A DNA stretch of 64,000 bases. Source: Bryobacterales bacterium. GTDB taxonomy: Bacteria; Acidobacteriota; Terriglobia; Bryobacterales; UBA6623. Positions 8,501 to 17,916 of this stretch are shown here, one piece after another (the stretch's first letter is position 1; the number at the start of each line of letters is the position of its first letter). Position numbers and translations under genes: made by a program. The notes beneath the pieces are model-generated. The model was not told the DNA's origin, did no database searches, and saw nothing but the letters and a program-made list of their open reading frames with translations. The stretch is taken from positions 1,344,001 through 1,408,000 of the forward strand of contig OY729427.2 in NCBI GenBank assembly GCA_963422375.2, written 5' to 3'.

Positions 8501-8826
8501 GCGTCCTGGCGATGAAATTGCCCTTGGCGCACGACCACCCCGGTCCGCTCGAACGGTCGGAAGCCCGCGCCTTCGATGCGGATCGAATACCTCCCCGGAG
8601 CGGGCGGACGAAAGGAATACGCGCCTGCCTTGTCGGACAGGACGGTCGCGGATTCACCGGTGTCGGCCCGGCTGATCGTTACGGATACGTCAGGGGCTCG
8701 AGCTCCAGAGGAGTAGCGGATCACACCTCCGATTCGCCCCGAAGGGTCGGCGGGCCCTGCGAGCGAAGGAGCTAGGGCCGCGGCCGCGATCAAGCCGAAG
8801 GTCGTGCTGCGCCAGCAAACAGTCAC
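5551..8826 (-). CDS. TonB-dependent receptor, Oar-like with carboxypeptidase-regulatory-like N-domain; plug region shortened
   Basis: Signal peptide, GRIGGVIR..SGA N-domain, KRGTNEFHG..NARGFF, FGPRAGFAY, C-terminal PRSVQFGLRFDF. Confidence 0.88.
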   Translation of the reverse strand: MTVCWRSTTFGLIAAAALAPSLAGPADPSGRIGGVIRYSSGARAPDVSVTISRADTGESATVLSDKAGAYSFRPPAPGRYSIRIEGAGFRPFERTGVVVRQGQFHRQDALLHPGEGRRAAARVRHANLPVEESRDRVTEARRARAPGGAGAGFLAFPAKRGTNEFHGGLYYRLGNDILNARGFFGARGKARRNAFGAFVGGPVVKDKTYFSYHYDRLSVRSGVQSGFGNSVPVESFRQGDFGRLLTGRTVASDALGRAILAGQIFDPASTRTHRGVPARDAFPNNAIPKAHPMRSRVSSRVVPFMVEPQRPGLEFNVQGNPVGDQIWVLDAPSHFFRLDHSFTRGFRTATDFSRASHPAVRNCGGAAGCRVSHDPSGRPEANADYYGTGVYEDVTTHHLRQRLVWAVAPNLLNQVTVGYDEFHVRGHAISAGAGWQDRLWGAGGNGLLATDAGAPALTFAGNTRYSPIGSEWGRAGFLANHQYSVAHHVTWVRGRHTFKTGAEFRHHRYPFRGWANNVSGTFDFHRSHTGGFDARGHNMTSTGDPFASFLLGQVNATHFQIPDSPTITESFVAWSVLGEYRATSSLTLTLGIRFDFQSALRERDDNMSTFDPNVPNPRAGGRLGAMIFAGKGPGRTGTRTLESPPKDAFGPRAGFAYRAGDRSVVRGAYGIYYSSVPHAQLEAVNTLGFRFHATANDLSNGRHPAYFLDDGFPPSNIVLPPSIDPSIGNNTSPVAVTRDRATLPRIQRWSLAIQRQLTRTATVDLSYEGNRGSRLIADRRVLGPAANANANSILDLGPSLLASRAGSASLATGVDLPYRGFARTVAQSLRPFPHMLNIGYLNVPAGNSFYHSLRTRVEKRFSAGAHLHASYAWSKLTGMGAGRTRVADGLGHGPQNPSDTHSLERGLSAEDVPHRVLAAFTHEVPFFRSPGLAAKVLGGWSVSGALRVESAAPVNVVMANDLQPFLHNGQKRPDVVSNRVRIDRGGSLDVAADSVFDRFAFADPGPLQFGDASRTMNFVRGFGHVSEDFSLFKDAWVSPKFKLRFETQIANAFNRTVFCDPNRNWSAASFGRVFAQCNSPRSVQFGLRFDF

Positions 8827-9101
8827 GAAGTGATCCGGCGGCGTCCGGACCGTGCGGAGCGGCCTTCCAAGTTGCCTCGCCTCTAGTTTCCGTCAAGGGC
8901 ACGTTCGATGGCAACTGCCGAGGTGCCGCGAAGCAGCGCGACCGACGGCGCGCCAAGTCGAGCGAGGCGCCACGCACCGTCCGGGCGCGGGCCGCGTGAA
9001 GGTGCCTCCTAAGGGACGCGAGAGCCGTGCGAGGCAGGGCCCTCGCGCCACTCGTCCGAGAACCGCGAGGATTCTCTCGGCCGCGGCCTGCGGGCGAGGC
9101 C

Positions 9102-12100
9102 CTAGAAAACGAACTTGAGGCCCAGCTGCATGATGCGCGGAGCGCGCGCGCTCGAAATGACACCGAAGTTCCGGTTGCCTACGTTCGCGTTCGGGAAGTT
9201 GAAGTTCGGGTGGTTGGGGAAGTTGAACGCCTCGGCCCGGAACTGCAGCCCGTACTTCTCTCCGAAGCGGATGTTCTTGTAAGCCGAGAAGTCCCATCCG
9301 GCCGTCGGAGGGCCGACGAGGATGTTCTTGCCCGCGTTGCCGAAGGTGAACGGCTGGTTCGGGACGAACGCGTCCTCGTTGTAGTAGCGGTCGGGATCGG
9401 GATTGCTAAGCTTCCAGCTGGCGCCGGGCACGACGTCGGGTCGGTCCCCGCCTCCGACGTTCGCCGGGTTGCCGGCGACCGTCAGGTGCTGCGGAGTGCC
9501 GGTTGTCAGGGTCACGATGGATCCGACGGACCAGCCTCCGAGCATGTGGTCCAGCGCGGAGTGCCAGCCGGAGCCGAACCGCTTGCCCCGCCCGAATGGC
9601 AGCTCGTAGACGAAGCTGCCGATGAACCGGTGCCGCATGTCCTGGGCGCCGTTGCCGCGCTCCCGCGTCCAGTCGAGGGGGTCGAGCACGAACCGCAGGT
9701 TCGAGCCGGGCGCGTCGCCCGAGCCCGTGACGCCCCTCGCGTCGCCGATCACGTGGGACCACGAGTACGAAAGGATGTACGTCAGCCCCTTCGAATAGCG
9801 CTTCTCGAGCTTCGTCTGCAGGCCGTGATAGAGCGTGCTCTCGCGATAGGCGTGCCGATTCATGCGGCCCAGAGTGATGAATCCTCCCGGGTCGGTGCCG
9901 TCGAAGCATAGGTCGCCGCGACAGGACGTGGGAATCTCCGTCTTGCTCCACGGACGGCGCGAGTTCGGATTGCCGGGTCCCGGGCGGGGTAGGTTCTCGT
10001 CGTACCTCCCGATCATATGGTTCATCTTGTTGCCGAAGTAGCCGACTTCCCACAGCGCGTCGCCGGGAATCGAGAACTGTAGATTGAAATTCCAGTTCTG
10101 CGCGAGGGGCCACTGGGGATCCCTCTCGAACGACGACATCTCCACGCCCTTGGCGTTGCGTGGGCTGATCGTGCCCGGCGGCAGCCCCTCGGAGTGCTTC
10201 AGGACCGGCTCCACCCTGCCGGTCGTCAGGCTGGACTTGATGTGGAAGGGAGGCATCGTTTCCATGAACTCCCCGCCGCCGGTGTTCGACATATTGCCGT
10301 AGAACACGCCGTAGGCCATGCGCAGCACCGTCTTCTCCGTCAGCCGGTACGCTAGTCCGAAGCGCGGCGCGAAATTGGTGTAGTCCGTGGTCATCAGTGC
10401 GCGATTGAAGTGGTCGCTCCCGTTGAGTCCGGCCACGTGGATGAATCCGTCGTCGCATCCGCGGCACGAACCCAGGTTGAAGTTGGCAATGCCGTCGCGG
10501 GTCTCCACGTAGGGCGGGTTCAGCTCGTACCGCAGGCCCAGGTTGAGCGTGAGCTTGTCATTCACCTTCCAGTCGTCTTGCGCATACAGATGGACGAAGT
10601 TGGTGCGCATATTCATGTACACCGTGTTGGACGCGCCGAATTCCCGGGCGTAGCCGAGGAGGAAATCGCCCATGGCATCGCCCGTGCCCTTGCGCTCCGC
10701 CGGCGCCTTCTCGGTAAACCTGCCGTCGTACCAGATGGTTCCCATCGTCCGCTGGGGATTGTCGATGAAGCTCTGCAGCCACCACGACTGCACGCCGAAC
10801 TTGATCGCGTGATTGCCGGTCGAATAGGTCGTATCCGCCGAGGCTTGGCGCGTCTGAGACTGGATCAGGTTCGGGCGGAACGTGTTGTTGCCGAGCTGGG
10901 AGTACCCGGTGATGTTCATCTCGTTGGTGCCGCGCAGGTGCTGGTTGAACCCCGCTATGCCGAGCTTGGCGTTGATGTTCTCCGTGATGTCGAGATGCGA
11001 CTCGACGTCCGTGTCAAGGTAGTTCCAGCCTGCGCGGAACGCGGTGATCAGCGTCGGCGACCACACTTTTTGGTAAGACGCAACGGTGTTGTTGCTGGTC
11101 ACGTTGACGAGGCCGCCACGAGACATCGAACCGAAGTCGGGAATCGCCGGGTAGCGCGGCGTGCTGCCGCGGTTCTGCTCCTGGCCGCTCCACCGGACGA
11201 AGAAATTGTCCGAGTCGGTGAGGTTCTGGTCGTAACGCATGTCGAACTTGTGGAAATCCTGGTTCCTAGGAGTCACGTAGGTGAAATTGCGGGTATTGCT
11301 GTCGTTGGCGGGATCGGGGTACCAATTCCGCATGATGTTCGTGACGCGGTCGAAGCGGTTCTGCGGAATCCGGTTGTTGGCGAAGGCCTGGCGTGTCGTG
11401 CCGTCCCACGTCAGCGGGTCGTAAACGGTGTCGAAGCCGGCGAAGTCCCCGTCGCGGACAGCCAAGGTCGGCACGGTCGACACGAATGTCGTCGATTCGC
11501 GCACGTCGGTGACCTCCATGTCGCCGAAGAGGAACGCCTTGTTCCTCTTGATCGGACCGCCGAGGGCGAAACCGTACTGCTTGCGCTTGAACTTCGGCTT
11601 CTCGCCGGTCGGGGCGAAGAAGTTGCGGGCGTCCATCGACTCGTCGCGGATGAACCCGAAGCCCGTGCCGTGCAAGCTGTTCGTCCCCGACTTGATCGAG
11701 ATGCTGACGATTCCGGCCGAGGTCCTGCCGTACTCGGCGGCGAAGCCGTTCGTGATGACCTTGAACTCGGAAATGGCGTCGATCGAGGGCTTCACGGCCT
11801 CTTTCTGGTTACCCTGCGACGCGATCGACTGGTTGTTGTTGTCCATGCCGTCGATCACGAAGTTGACCTCGGTGCCGCGCTGGCCGCCGATCGAAACGCC
11901 CTGCCCGCGCGACCGGACAGTACCGGAGGAAATCACGGCGAGCTGCAGGTAGTCGCGGCCATTGAGCGGGAGGTCCACGATCTGCCGGTTCTCGATCACG
12001 GTTCCCGCCGCGGCCTCGCTGGTTTGCAGCAGCGGCGCCGAGGCCTCCACCTCGATGATCTCGGTCACCGAACCGACTTCCAGGGCGATGTCGAGCTGGC

Positions 12101-12410
12101 GGACATCGCCGATGCTCAGATTGATGCCCGAGCCGCTATAGGTGCGGAAGCCGACGGCCTCCGCGACGACGATGTACTCGCCGATGCGGAGCGGCGTCGA
12201 GCGGAAGTTGCCCTCGGCATTCGTCTGAGCGGCATATTCCGTGCCGGTCGCGATGTGGTTGAACGTGATCCCGGCGCCGGGGATGACCGCCCCCGTGGCG
12301 TCGGTCACCGTGCCCACGATCAGGGCGGTGTCAAGTTGCTGGGCTGTCGCGAGCGGGACAAGCACCAAGGTCAAGCCGAGAGCCAAGCCCGGCAGCTTAC
12401 GCACGGTCAT
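9102..12410 (-). CDS. TonB-dependent receptor, Oar-like
   Basis: GTVTDATGAVIPGA, LPLNGRDY, KSGTNSLHG, DARNFF, FAPRFGLAY, PRIMQLGLKFVF. Start 12410 has a GAGG-type RBS; 12440 is the alternative. Confidence 0.93.
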   Translation of the reverse strand: MTVRKLPGLALGLTLVLVPLATAQQLDTALIVGTVTDATGAVIPGAGITFNHIATGTEYAAQTNAEGNFRSTPLRIGEYIVVAEAVGFRTYSGSGINLSIGDVRQLDIALEVGSVTEIIEVEASAPLLQTSEAAAGTVIENRQIVDLPLNGRDYLQLAVISSGTVRSRGQGVSIGGQRGTEVNFVIDGMDNNNQSIASQGNQKEAVKPSIDAISEFKVITNGFAAEYGRTSAGIVSISIKSGTNSLHGTGFGFIRDESMDARNFFAPTGEKPKFKRKQYGFALGGPIKRNKAFLFGDMEVTDVRESTTFVSTVPTLAVRDGDFAGFDTVYDPLTWDGTTRQAFANNRIPQNRFDRVTNIMRNWYPDPANDSNTRNFTYVTPRNQDFHKFDMRYDQNLTDSDNFFVRWSGQEQNRGSTPRYPAIPDFGSMSRGGLVNVTSNNTVASYQKVWSPTLITAFRAGWNYLDTDVESHLDITENINAKLGIAGFNQHLRGTNEMNITGYSQLGNNTFRPNLIQSQTRQASADTTYSTGNHAIKFGVQSWWLQSFIDNPQRTMGTIWYDGRFTEKAPAERKGTGDAMGDFLLGYAREFGASNTVYMNMRTNFVHLYAQDDWKVNDKLTLNLGLRYELNPPYVETRDGIANFNLGSCRGCDDGFIHVAGLNGSDHFNRALMTTDYTNFAPRFGLAYRLTEKTVLRMAYGVFYGNMSNTGGGEFMETMPPFHIKSSLTTGRVEPVLKHSEGLPPGTISPRNAKGVEMSSFERDPQWPLAQNWNFNLQFSIPGDALWEVGYFGNKMNHMIGRYDENLPRPGPGNPNSRRPWSKTEIPTSCRGDLCFDGTDPGGFITLGRMNRHAYRESTLYHGLQTKLEKRYSKGLTYILSYSWSHVIGDARGVTGSGDAPGSNLRFVLDPLDWTRERGNGAQDMRHRFIGSFVYELPFGRGKRFGSGWHSALDHMLGGWSVGSIVTLTTGTPQHLTVAGNPANVGGGDRPDVVPGASWKLSNPDPDRYYNEDAFVPNQPFTFGNAGKNILVGPPTAGWDFSAYKNIRFGEKYGLQFRAEAFNFPNHPNFNFPNANVGNRNFGVISSARAPRIMQLGLKFVF

Positions 12411-12723
12411 TCTGAAATCCCTCTTCAAAGTGCGGGTCATTAATAGAATCCGAACTCCTCGGATCCGGGGGGCCGCCTGGCCCGGGCGCAGTTCCCCGCT
12501 CCTGCCCCACCGAATCTAGGTGTACCATGCCATCCGCCGCGCTGTCAACCGATCCGAGGCGCGCGACTGTTCCCGCGCGCGCCGGCCGGGATACCGGAGA
12601 CCGTGCCTTGGATTCACGCGAAATCACCGGCGGAGGATGGCCGGGGCCCGGCTGGCCCCGGCGGCCGACGCTGCCCGCCGGGCCGACATCGCCGGGAGCG
12701 CGCGCCGCCTCGCCGGGGGGCGG

Positions 12724-12752
12724 TTGCAAACCTCGCAAGCATGCTTTATCTT
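12724..12752 (+). promoter_or_regulatory. Candidate sigma70 promoter for the E1 operon
   Basis: TTGCAA-N17-TATCTT, ending 14 nt before ATG 12767. Confidence 0.45.
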
Positions 12753-12766
12753 TCTTAAATGCTGCT

Positions 12767-13765
12767 ATGAGTGCGCCAGCCGTAGCCTCACTACGCACGC
12801 CTGCGGGCCGGGACCTCTGCGACCGGCTTCTCTACTACATGCTGATGATGCGCGAGCTCGAGGAACGCATCGAGCTCAAGCTATACCGCCAAGGCAAGAT
12901 TGTCGGCGGCTGCTACACCGGCCGCGGCCAAGAGGCCATCCCCGTCGGCAGCGCGATCCACTCGCGCCCGGGGGACTGGCTCACGCCCTCGCACCGCGAC
13001 ATGGCCGCTCTGCTGATCCGCGGCATCACGCCGCGCGAGATCCTCGCCCAGTACACGGGCCGCGCCGGGGGCCTCACCAACGGCCGCGACGGCAACATGC
13101 ACATGGGCTGCGCCCGGCGCCACTGCGTGCCGATCATCTCCTCCATCGGAGCGAGCATCCCCGTCGCCGGCGGCCTGGCGTTCGCGATGCGCTACCGCGG
13201 CGAGTCCAACATCGTCTTCAACTACTCCGGAGACGGCGCCACGAGCCGCGGCGACTGGCACGAGGGCCTGAACATGGCGGCGGTCATGCAGCTGCCGGTG
13301 GTCTACCTCTGCAACAACAACCTGTACGCCTACTCGACCCCGCTGGACAAGCAGATGAAGAACCCGCACATCGGCGAGCGGGCCGCCTCCTACGGCATCC
13401 CGTACGAGATCGTCGACGGGAACGACGTCTTGGCGGTCCACAATGCGGCGCAGCGGGCCGTGGCGCACGCCCGCTCGGGCGAGGGCCCCTACTTCGTGGA
13501 GTGCAAGAGCTTCCGCGTGAGCGGGCACTCGGCGCACGACCCCGCCGACTACGTGCCGAAGTCCTTGCACGAGGAGTGGGCGCGCAGGGATCCGATCCTG
13601 ATGCTGCAGAAGCACATGGTGGAAGAGCACGGCGCGGACGAGCAGGATTTCGTGAACCTACGCCGGCAGGTGCTCGCCGAGATCGAGGACGCCGTGGAGT
13701 GGGCCCTCGCGCAGCCCTTCCCGGATCCCGCCACATTGGAGGACAACGTCTACGAGCGGGTCTGA
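12767..13765 (+). CDS. Thiamine-diphosphate-dependent 2-oxoacid dehydrogenase E1 alpha subunit
   Basis: GRGQEA, SHRD, GDGATSRGDWHEGLN...NN ThDP motif, RVSGHSAHD. Start trimmed from the track's 12527. Confidence 0.92.
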   Translation: MSAPAVASLRTPAGRDLCDRLLYYMLMMRELEERIELKLYRQGKIVGGCYTGRGQEAIPVGSAIHSRPGDWLTPSHRDMAALLIRGITPREILAQYTGRAGGLTNGRDGNMHMGCARRHCVPIISSIGASIPVAGGLAFAMRYRGESNIVFNYSGDGATSRGDWHEGLNMAAVMQLPVVYLCNNNLYAYSTPLDKQMKNPHIGERAASYGIPYEIVDGNDVLAVHNAAQRAVAHARSGEGPYFVECKSFRVSGHSAHDPADYVPKSLHEEWARRDPILMLQKHMVEEHGADEQDFVNLRRQVLAEIEDAVEWALAQPFPDPATLEDNVYERV

Positions 13766-13791
13766 GCGCCCGAGCCGAGATGCGAGTCACG

Positions 13792-14766
13792 ATGGCCGAA
13801 ACAACCTACGTCGAAGCGATTCGCGAGGGGATCTGGGAGGAGCTGGAGCGCGACGACAGCGTCTTCGTCATGGGCGAGGACATCGGGGTCTACGGCGGCG
13901 CCTTCAAGATCACCAAAGGCATGCTGGAGCGCTTCGGGCCGCTGCGAGTCGTCGACACCCCGCTCTCGGAGTCCGCCATCGTCGGAGCCGGCACCGGCGC
14001 CGCGATCAACGGCCTGCGCCCGGTCCTCGAGATGCAGTTCGCGGACTTCATGGCCTGCGGCTTCGACCAGATCACCAACTTCGCGGCCAAGTGCCGGTAC
14101 CGCTGGGGACAGCAAGTCCCCATGGTCATCCGGGCGCCGGCGGGCGGCAACATCCACGGCGGCCCGTTCCACTCGCAGAACGTCGAGATGCCCTACGTGC
14201 ACACTCCCGGCCTCAAGGTGGTCCAGCCGGCCACGGCGTACGACGCGAAGGGCCTGATCAAGGCCGCGATTCGCGACAACGATCCCGTTATCTACCTAGA
14301 GCACAAGTACCTCTACCGCTCGGTCAAGGAGGAACTCCCGCCGGACGACTACACCGTGCCGCTCGGCAAGGCGGAGCTCCGCCGCGAGGGCTCGGACATG
14401 TCCGTCATCACCTACGGCTGGATGGTCCACGAGGCGCTCGCGGCGGCCCGGCAACTCTCCGGGGAGGGCATCAGCGTCGAGGTGCTCGACCTGCGCACGC
14501 TCGTCCCCCTGGACCGGCACGCGATCCTAGCGACGGCCAAGAAGACCAGCAAGGTCATCTTGTTGCACGAGGACACCTTGACGGGCGGTCTCGGCGGGGA
14601 ACTGGCGGGCATCATCGCCGAGCATGCCTTCGACTACCTCGACGGGCCGCTGGTGAGGATCGCCGCCCCGGACACGCCGGTGCCGTTCAGCGACGCGCTC
14701 GAGAGGGCGTTCCTGCCGAGCGCGGACAAGGTCGCCGAGAAGGCGCGCTGGCTGCACCGCTTCTAG
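13792..14766 (+). CDS. 2-oxoacid dehydrogenase E1 beta subunit
   Basis: TYVEAIREG, MGEDIGVYGGAF, DTPLSES, EMQFADF, HSQ, YLEHK, DLRTLVPLD. Alternative start 13780. Confidence 0.93.
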   Translation: MAETTYVEAIREGIWEELERDDSVFVMGEDIGVYGGAFKITKGMLERFGPLRVVDTPLSESAIVGAGTGAAINGLRPVLEMQFADFMACGFDQITNFAAKCRYRWGQQVPMVIRAPAGGNIHGGPFHSQNVEMPYVHTPGLKVVQPATAYDAKGLIKAAIRDNDPVIYLEHKYLYRSVKEELPPDDYTVPLGKAELRREGSDMSVITYGWMVHEALAAARQLSGEGISVEVLDLRTLVPLDRHAILATAKKTSKVILLHEDTLTGGLGGELAGIIAEHAFDYLDGPLVRIAAPDTPVPFSDALERAFLPSADKVAEKARWLHRF

Positions 14767-14878
14767 CCAGATGCCCGGCCAGCACCCCGCGATGCGAGAC
14801 AATTCGACAACGACCTCGGCCTCGCTCCCGGCGCGGGCCTCGCTCCCTCGCAGCGGCAGGGTCACGGAGCTGACAAGC

Positions 14879-16765
14879 ATGCCAGGCAATCGCAGAGCCT
14901 TCCTAAGAGCGACCGGCGCGGCCGTTCTCGCCGCGTCTCGCGCGTGGCCGGTACCCGGCCCGCGCCCTTGGCTGGCCGACGAGCCGGGCCGGGAATGGCG
15001 GCATTACGGCGGCACGGCCGGTGCGAGCCGCTTCTCGGCCGCCGACCAAGTTAACCGGTCCAACGTCGCCCGGCTCAGGCCGGCCTGGGTCCACCACACG
15101 GGCGACGCCATGGCACGGCCGCAGACGACCATCGAATGCACGCCCATCGTCGTGGACGGCATCATGTTCCTCACGACGGCACGGCTGAAGGTCCAAGCGC
15201 TCGACGCGACCACGGGCCGGCTCATTTGGACGTTCGACCCGCAAGCGAGTGCGTCGGCCCGCCGCAACCCCGGCGTGAGCCGAGGCGTGTGCTACTGGCA
15301 GTCCGAGGACGGCTCCCGCAAGCGGATCTTCAGCACGGTCCAGAACCGCCTGTACAGCCTTGATGCGGTTACCGGAGAGCCCGACAAGTCTTTCGGCTTC
15401 GACGGCATGATCGACCTCAACGAGAACTTGGACAGCGAGGTGCAGGGCGTCTCGGTGAAATGCACGAGCCCGGCCGTGGCCTACAAGGACCTGATCATCG
15501 TCGGAGGCGGCGGCGGAGAGGGACCGTATCCCCAGGCTCCGGGCCACATTCGCGCATTCGACTCGCTCACCGGGAAGCGCCGCTGGATCTTCCACACCAC
15601 GCCGCGCCCCGGGCAGTTCGGCTACGAGACATGGCCGCCGAACGCCTACAAGCACGCGGGCGGCACGAATAACTGGGCCGGCATGAGCTTGGACGTGGAG
15701 CGCGGCCTAGTGTTCGCCGGCATCGGCTCGCCCGCCTTCGACTTCTACGGCGGGGACCGCATAGGAGCCAATCTGTTCGGCAACTGCGTGCTCGCTCTCG
15801 ACGCCGAGAGCGGCGAGCGCGCATGGCATTTCCAGACCGTCCATCACGACGTCTGGGACTACGACCTCCCGGCTCAGCCGGCACTGATCCGCATGACCCA
15901 GAACCGCCGGACGTTCGACGCGGTCGTGCAGCCGACCAAGCAGGGATTCCTCTTCTTCTTCCACCGCGAGACGGGTCGGCCCGTCTGGCCGGTCGAGGAG
16001 CGCCCGATCCCGATGTCGGACGTCGGGGGCGAGCATCTGTGGCCGACGCAGCCGTTCCCCTTGAAGCCGGCCCCCCTTTCGAGGCAGGGATTCCACGAGC
16101 GGGACATCAGCGACGTTTCCCCCGAGTCGCGGGCTTCGGTGAAGAGCATCTGGGACGCGACCGACGCCGGGGACCTGTTCACCCCGCCGAGCACGAGAGG
16201 CACGCTAGTGCATCCGGGCTTCCGGGGCGGGTGCCTGTGGGGGGGCTGCTGCTACAACCCCGCCGCGAACCGCGTGTTTGCGAGCTCGGACGAGACTACG
16301 AACCGGATCGAGCTCAAGGCGGCGCCCGAGGAGGACTTCGACTACGCCTTGCCGGATCGGGGCGAGCTGCTCGACCACGAGGGCTACCCCGGGATCAAGC
16401 CCCCTTGGGGGTACGTCACCGCAGTGGACCTCGAGACCGGGAACTTCCTCTGGAGGGTGGTCAACGGGGAGTTCCCGGAGCTGACCGCTCGGGGCGTTCC
16501 GAAGACGGGCACGCCCTCGCACGGCGGCTCGATCGTGACGGCGGGCGGGCTGGTCTTCATGGCGGGCACCTTCGACGGGAGATTCCGCGCCTTCGACCAA
16601 GACACGGGCGAGGTGCTGTGGGAGACCCAACTCTCCGCGGCCGGCTTCGCTACTCCCTGCACCTACGAGGCCGACGGCAAGCAGTTCGTAGTCATCGCCG
16701 CCGGGGGAGGCAAGGGCAATTCGCCGTCTGGCGACGAGTTCGTCGCTTTCGCGCTGGACGGCTAG
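14879..16765 (+). CDS. PQQ-dependent (quinoprotein glucose-dehydrogenase-like) dehydrogenase, Tat-exported
   Basis: RRAFL Tat motif; WRHYGG, ECTPIVVDG, WHFQTVHHDVWDYD, PPWG, ATPCTY PQQ-propeller motifs; GGAG RBS. Confidence 0.9.
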   Translation: MPGNRRAFLRATGAAVLAASRAWPVPGPRPWLADEPGREWRHYGGTAGASRFSAADQVNRSNVARLRPAWVHHTGDAMARPQTTIECTPIVVDGIMFLTTARLKVQALDATTGRLIWTFDPQASASARRNPGVSRGVCYWQSEDGSRKRIFSTVQNRLYSLDAVTGEPDKSFGFDGMIDLNENLDSEVQGVSVKCTSPAVAYKDLIIVGGGGGEGPYPQAPGHIRAFDSLTGKRRWIFHTTPRPGQFGYETWPPNAYKHAGGTNNWAGMSLDVERGLVFAGIGSPAFDFYGGDRIGANLFGNCVLALDAESGERAWHFQTVHHDVWDYDLPAQPALIRMTQNRRTFDAVVQPTKQGFLFFFHRETGRPVWPVEERPIPMSDVGGEHLWPTQPFPLKPAPLSRQGFHERDISDVSPESRASVKSIWDATDAGDLFTPPSTRGTLVHPGFRGGCLWGGCCYNPAANRVFASSDETTNRIELKAAPEEDFDYALPDRGELLDHEGYPGIKPPWGYVTAVDLETGNFLWRVVNGEFPELTARGVPKTGTPSHGGSIVTAGGLVFMAGTFDGRFRAFDQDTGEVLWETQLSAAGFATPCTYEADGKQFVVIAAGGGKGNSPSGDEFVAFALDG

Positions 16766-17081
16766 GCAACCCTAGACCCGGTAAGACAGTCCCGTGCGGG
16801 AATGCACGGGACAGGCATCTCGCGCTCAATCGAACGGAACTTGCTGCCCTAGCAATCCGAATAGCCGCGAAGGTTTCCGTACTTGGACCGTTCCCCAGGG
16901 CACTGTGCGCGTGCTAGGAACTGCGGTCACAATGGGAATACTTGGGCTCGCTGCCCGAGGACTGGTGCCCGGCTATGCTACGACAAGGCTCGCCGATGCA
17001 GCACCTTCGGTCAGCCGACTTCCCGTCCCATTCGTCCTCGTCGGCGCGCCATGATGTCCAGTCCTAGCGTAAGACCTGGAA

Positions 17082-17306
17082 GTGCTGTCGGAGAGATATA
17101 GGCGGAACCGGTTGGCGTTTGCCCGGGTGCATGCCATGGGGCCGGCACGGGGGCTTGCCGAGGGGCAGGCCGAGACACAAAGGAGGTGGGCGGAATGGAA
17201 TAGCCGACGCGAGCAAGCGCTGGCCATAGGAGTCCCGTCCGACGAACCGTTTCCGGACCAAGGCGACACGCAGCCCGACGATTCAGCGCGCCACCCGTGC
17301 CGGTGA
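17082..17306 (+). pseudogene. Hypothetical small ORF or remnant (LAEGQAE..RRWAEWNSRRE..G.P..EPFP)
   Basis: Protein-like amphipathic segment; no convincing upstream frame. Confidence 0.25.
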
Positions 17307-17575
17307 CCGGCCCCAGCTCGCCCGTCTCGCTGCTGGCGTGAGCAGCGCGGAGCCCGCCTCGAGAACCAAGGATCGTGCATGGCGTTGCGAGAGAATTCTA
17401 TGGCAGTTACGCCCGACCGCGCACTACCTCTCTTCGATCATCCTCGACCGCACCGACGAGGGCGATACATTGCCCTCGTCTAGCGCAGAACGCTCCGTAC
17501 CCGAGGCCTGGATTTGGGCTGTCGCCAGCCAAGCAGGACTGCCGCAGAACCGGCCGTTGCCCGACTCAGGCCCTG

Positions 17576-17782
17576 CTACTGTATCCCGCTCGGGCCGGCA
17601 GCGAGGATGCGCCCCGGCAGCGTGAAGATTCCCCGCAGCAGTCCCAAGGCCCCGTCAACTACGATGCCGAGGAGCCGGAATGGCAGCAGCGCGAGCCAGA
17701 CGAACGGGTAGGCAACCAAGGCGAGCAAGGCCAGTGGCCAGCACAGTACCAGCAAGATCAACCAAAGCAGGAACTTGAGCAT
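17576..17782 (-). CDS. Small hydrophobic membrane protein (68 aa)
   Basis: MLKFLLWLILLVLCWPLALLALVAYPFVWL..LPFR; GAGGA RBS; resembles small conserved Acidobacteria proteins (from recall). Confidence 0.7.
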   Translation of the reverse strand: MLKFLLWLILLVLCWPLALLALVAYPFVWLALLPFRLLGIVVDGALGLLRGIFTLPGRILAAGPSGIQ

Positions 17783-17916
17783 TTCCGATCCTCGCGGCTC
17801 AGTTTCGCATACCGCCCGGGCCGGCGCTCATGCGACCTACGAGCCCGCCATTGGGACTACAGAGGCATCCGTACGGAGGATTTCGACGGCCGATGCCCGA
17901 CCGGCCGCCTGCGCGC

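Noticed and set aside
10410..12443. Long antisense ORFs (also 28780-31107, 24816-27014, 58490-60403, 52904-54826)
   Set aside because: Shadow frames of real genes in GC-rich DNA, with no recognisable motifs.
12520..14766. 748-aa ORF suggesting an E1 alpha-beta fusion
   Set aside because: The N-terminal part is an off-frame shadow of E1 alpha; the beta subunit starts at 13780/13792.
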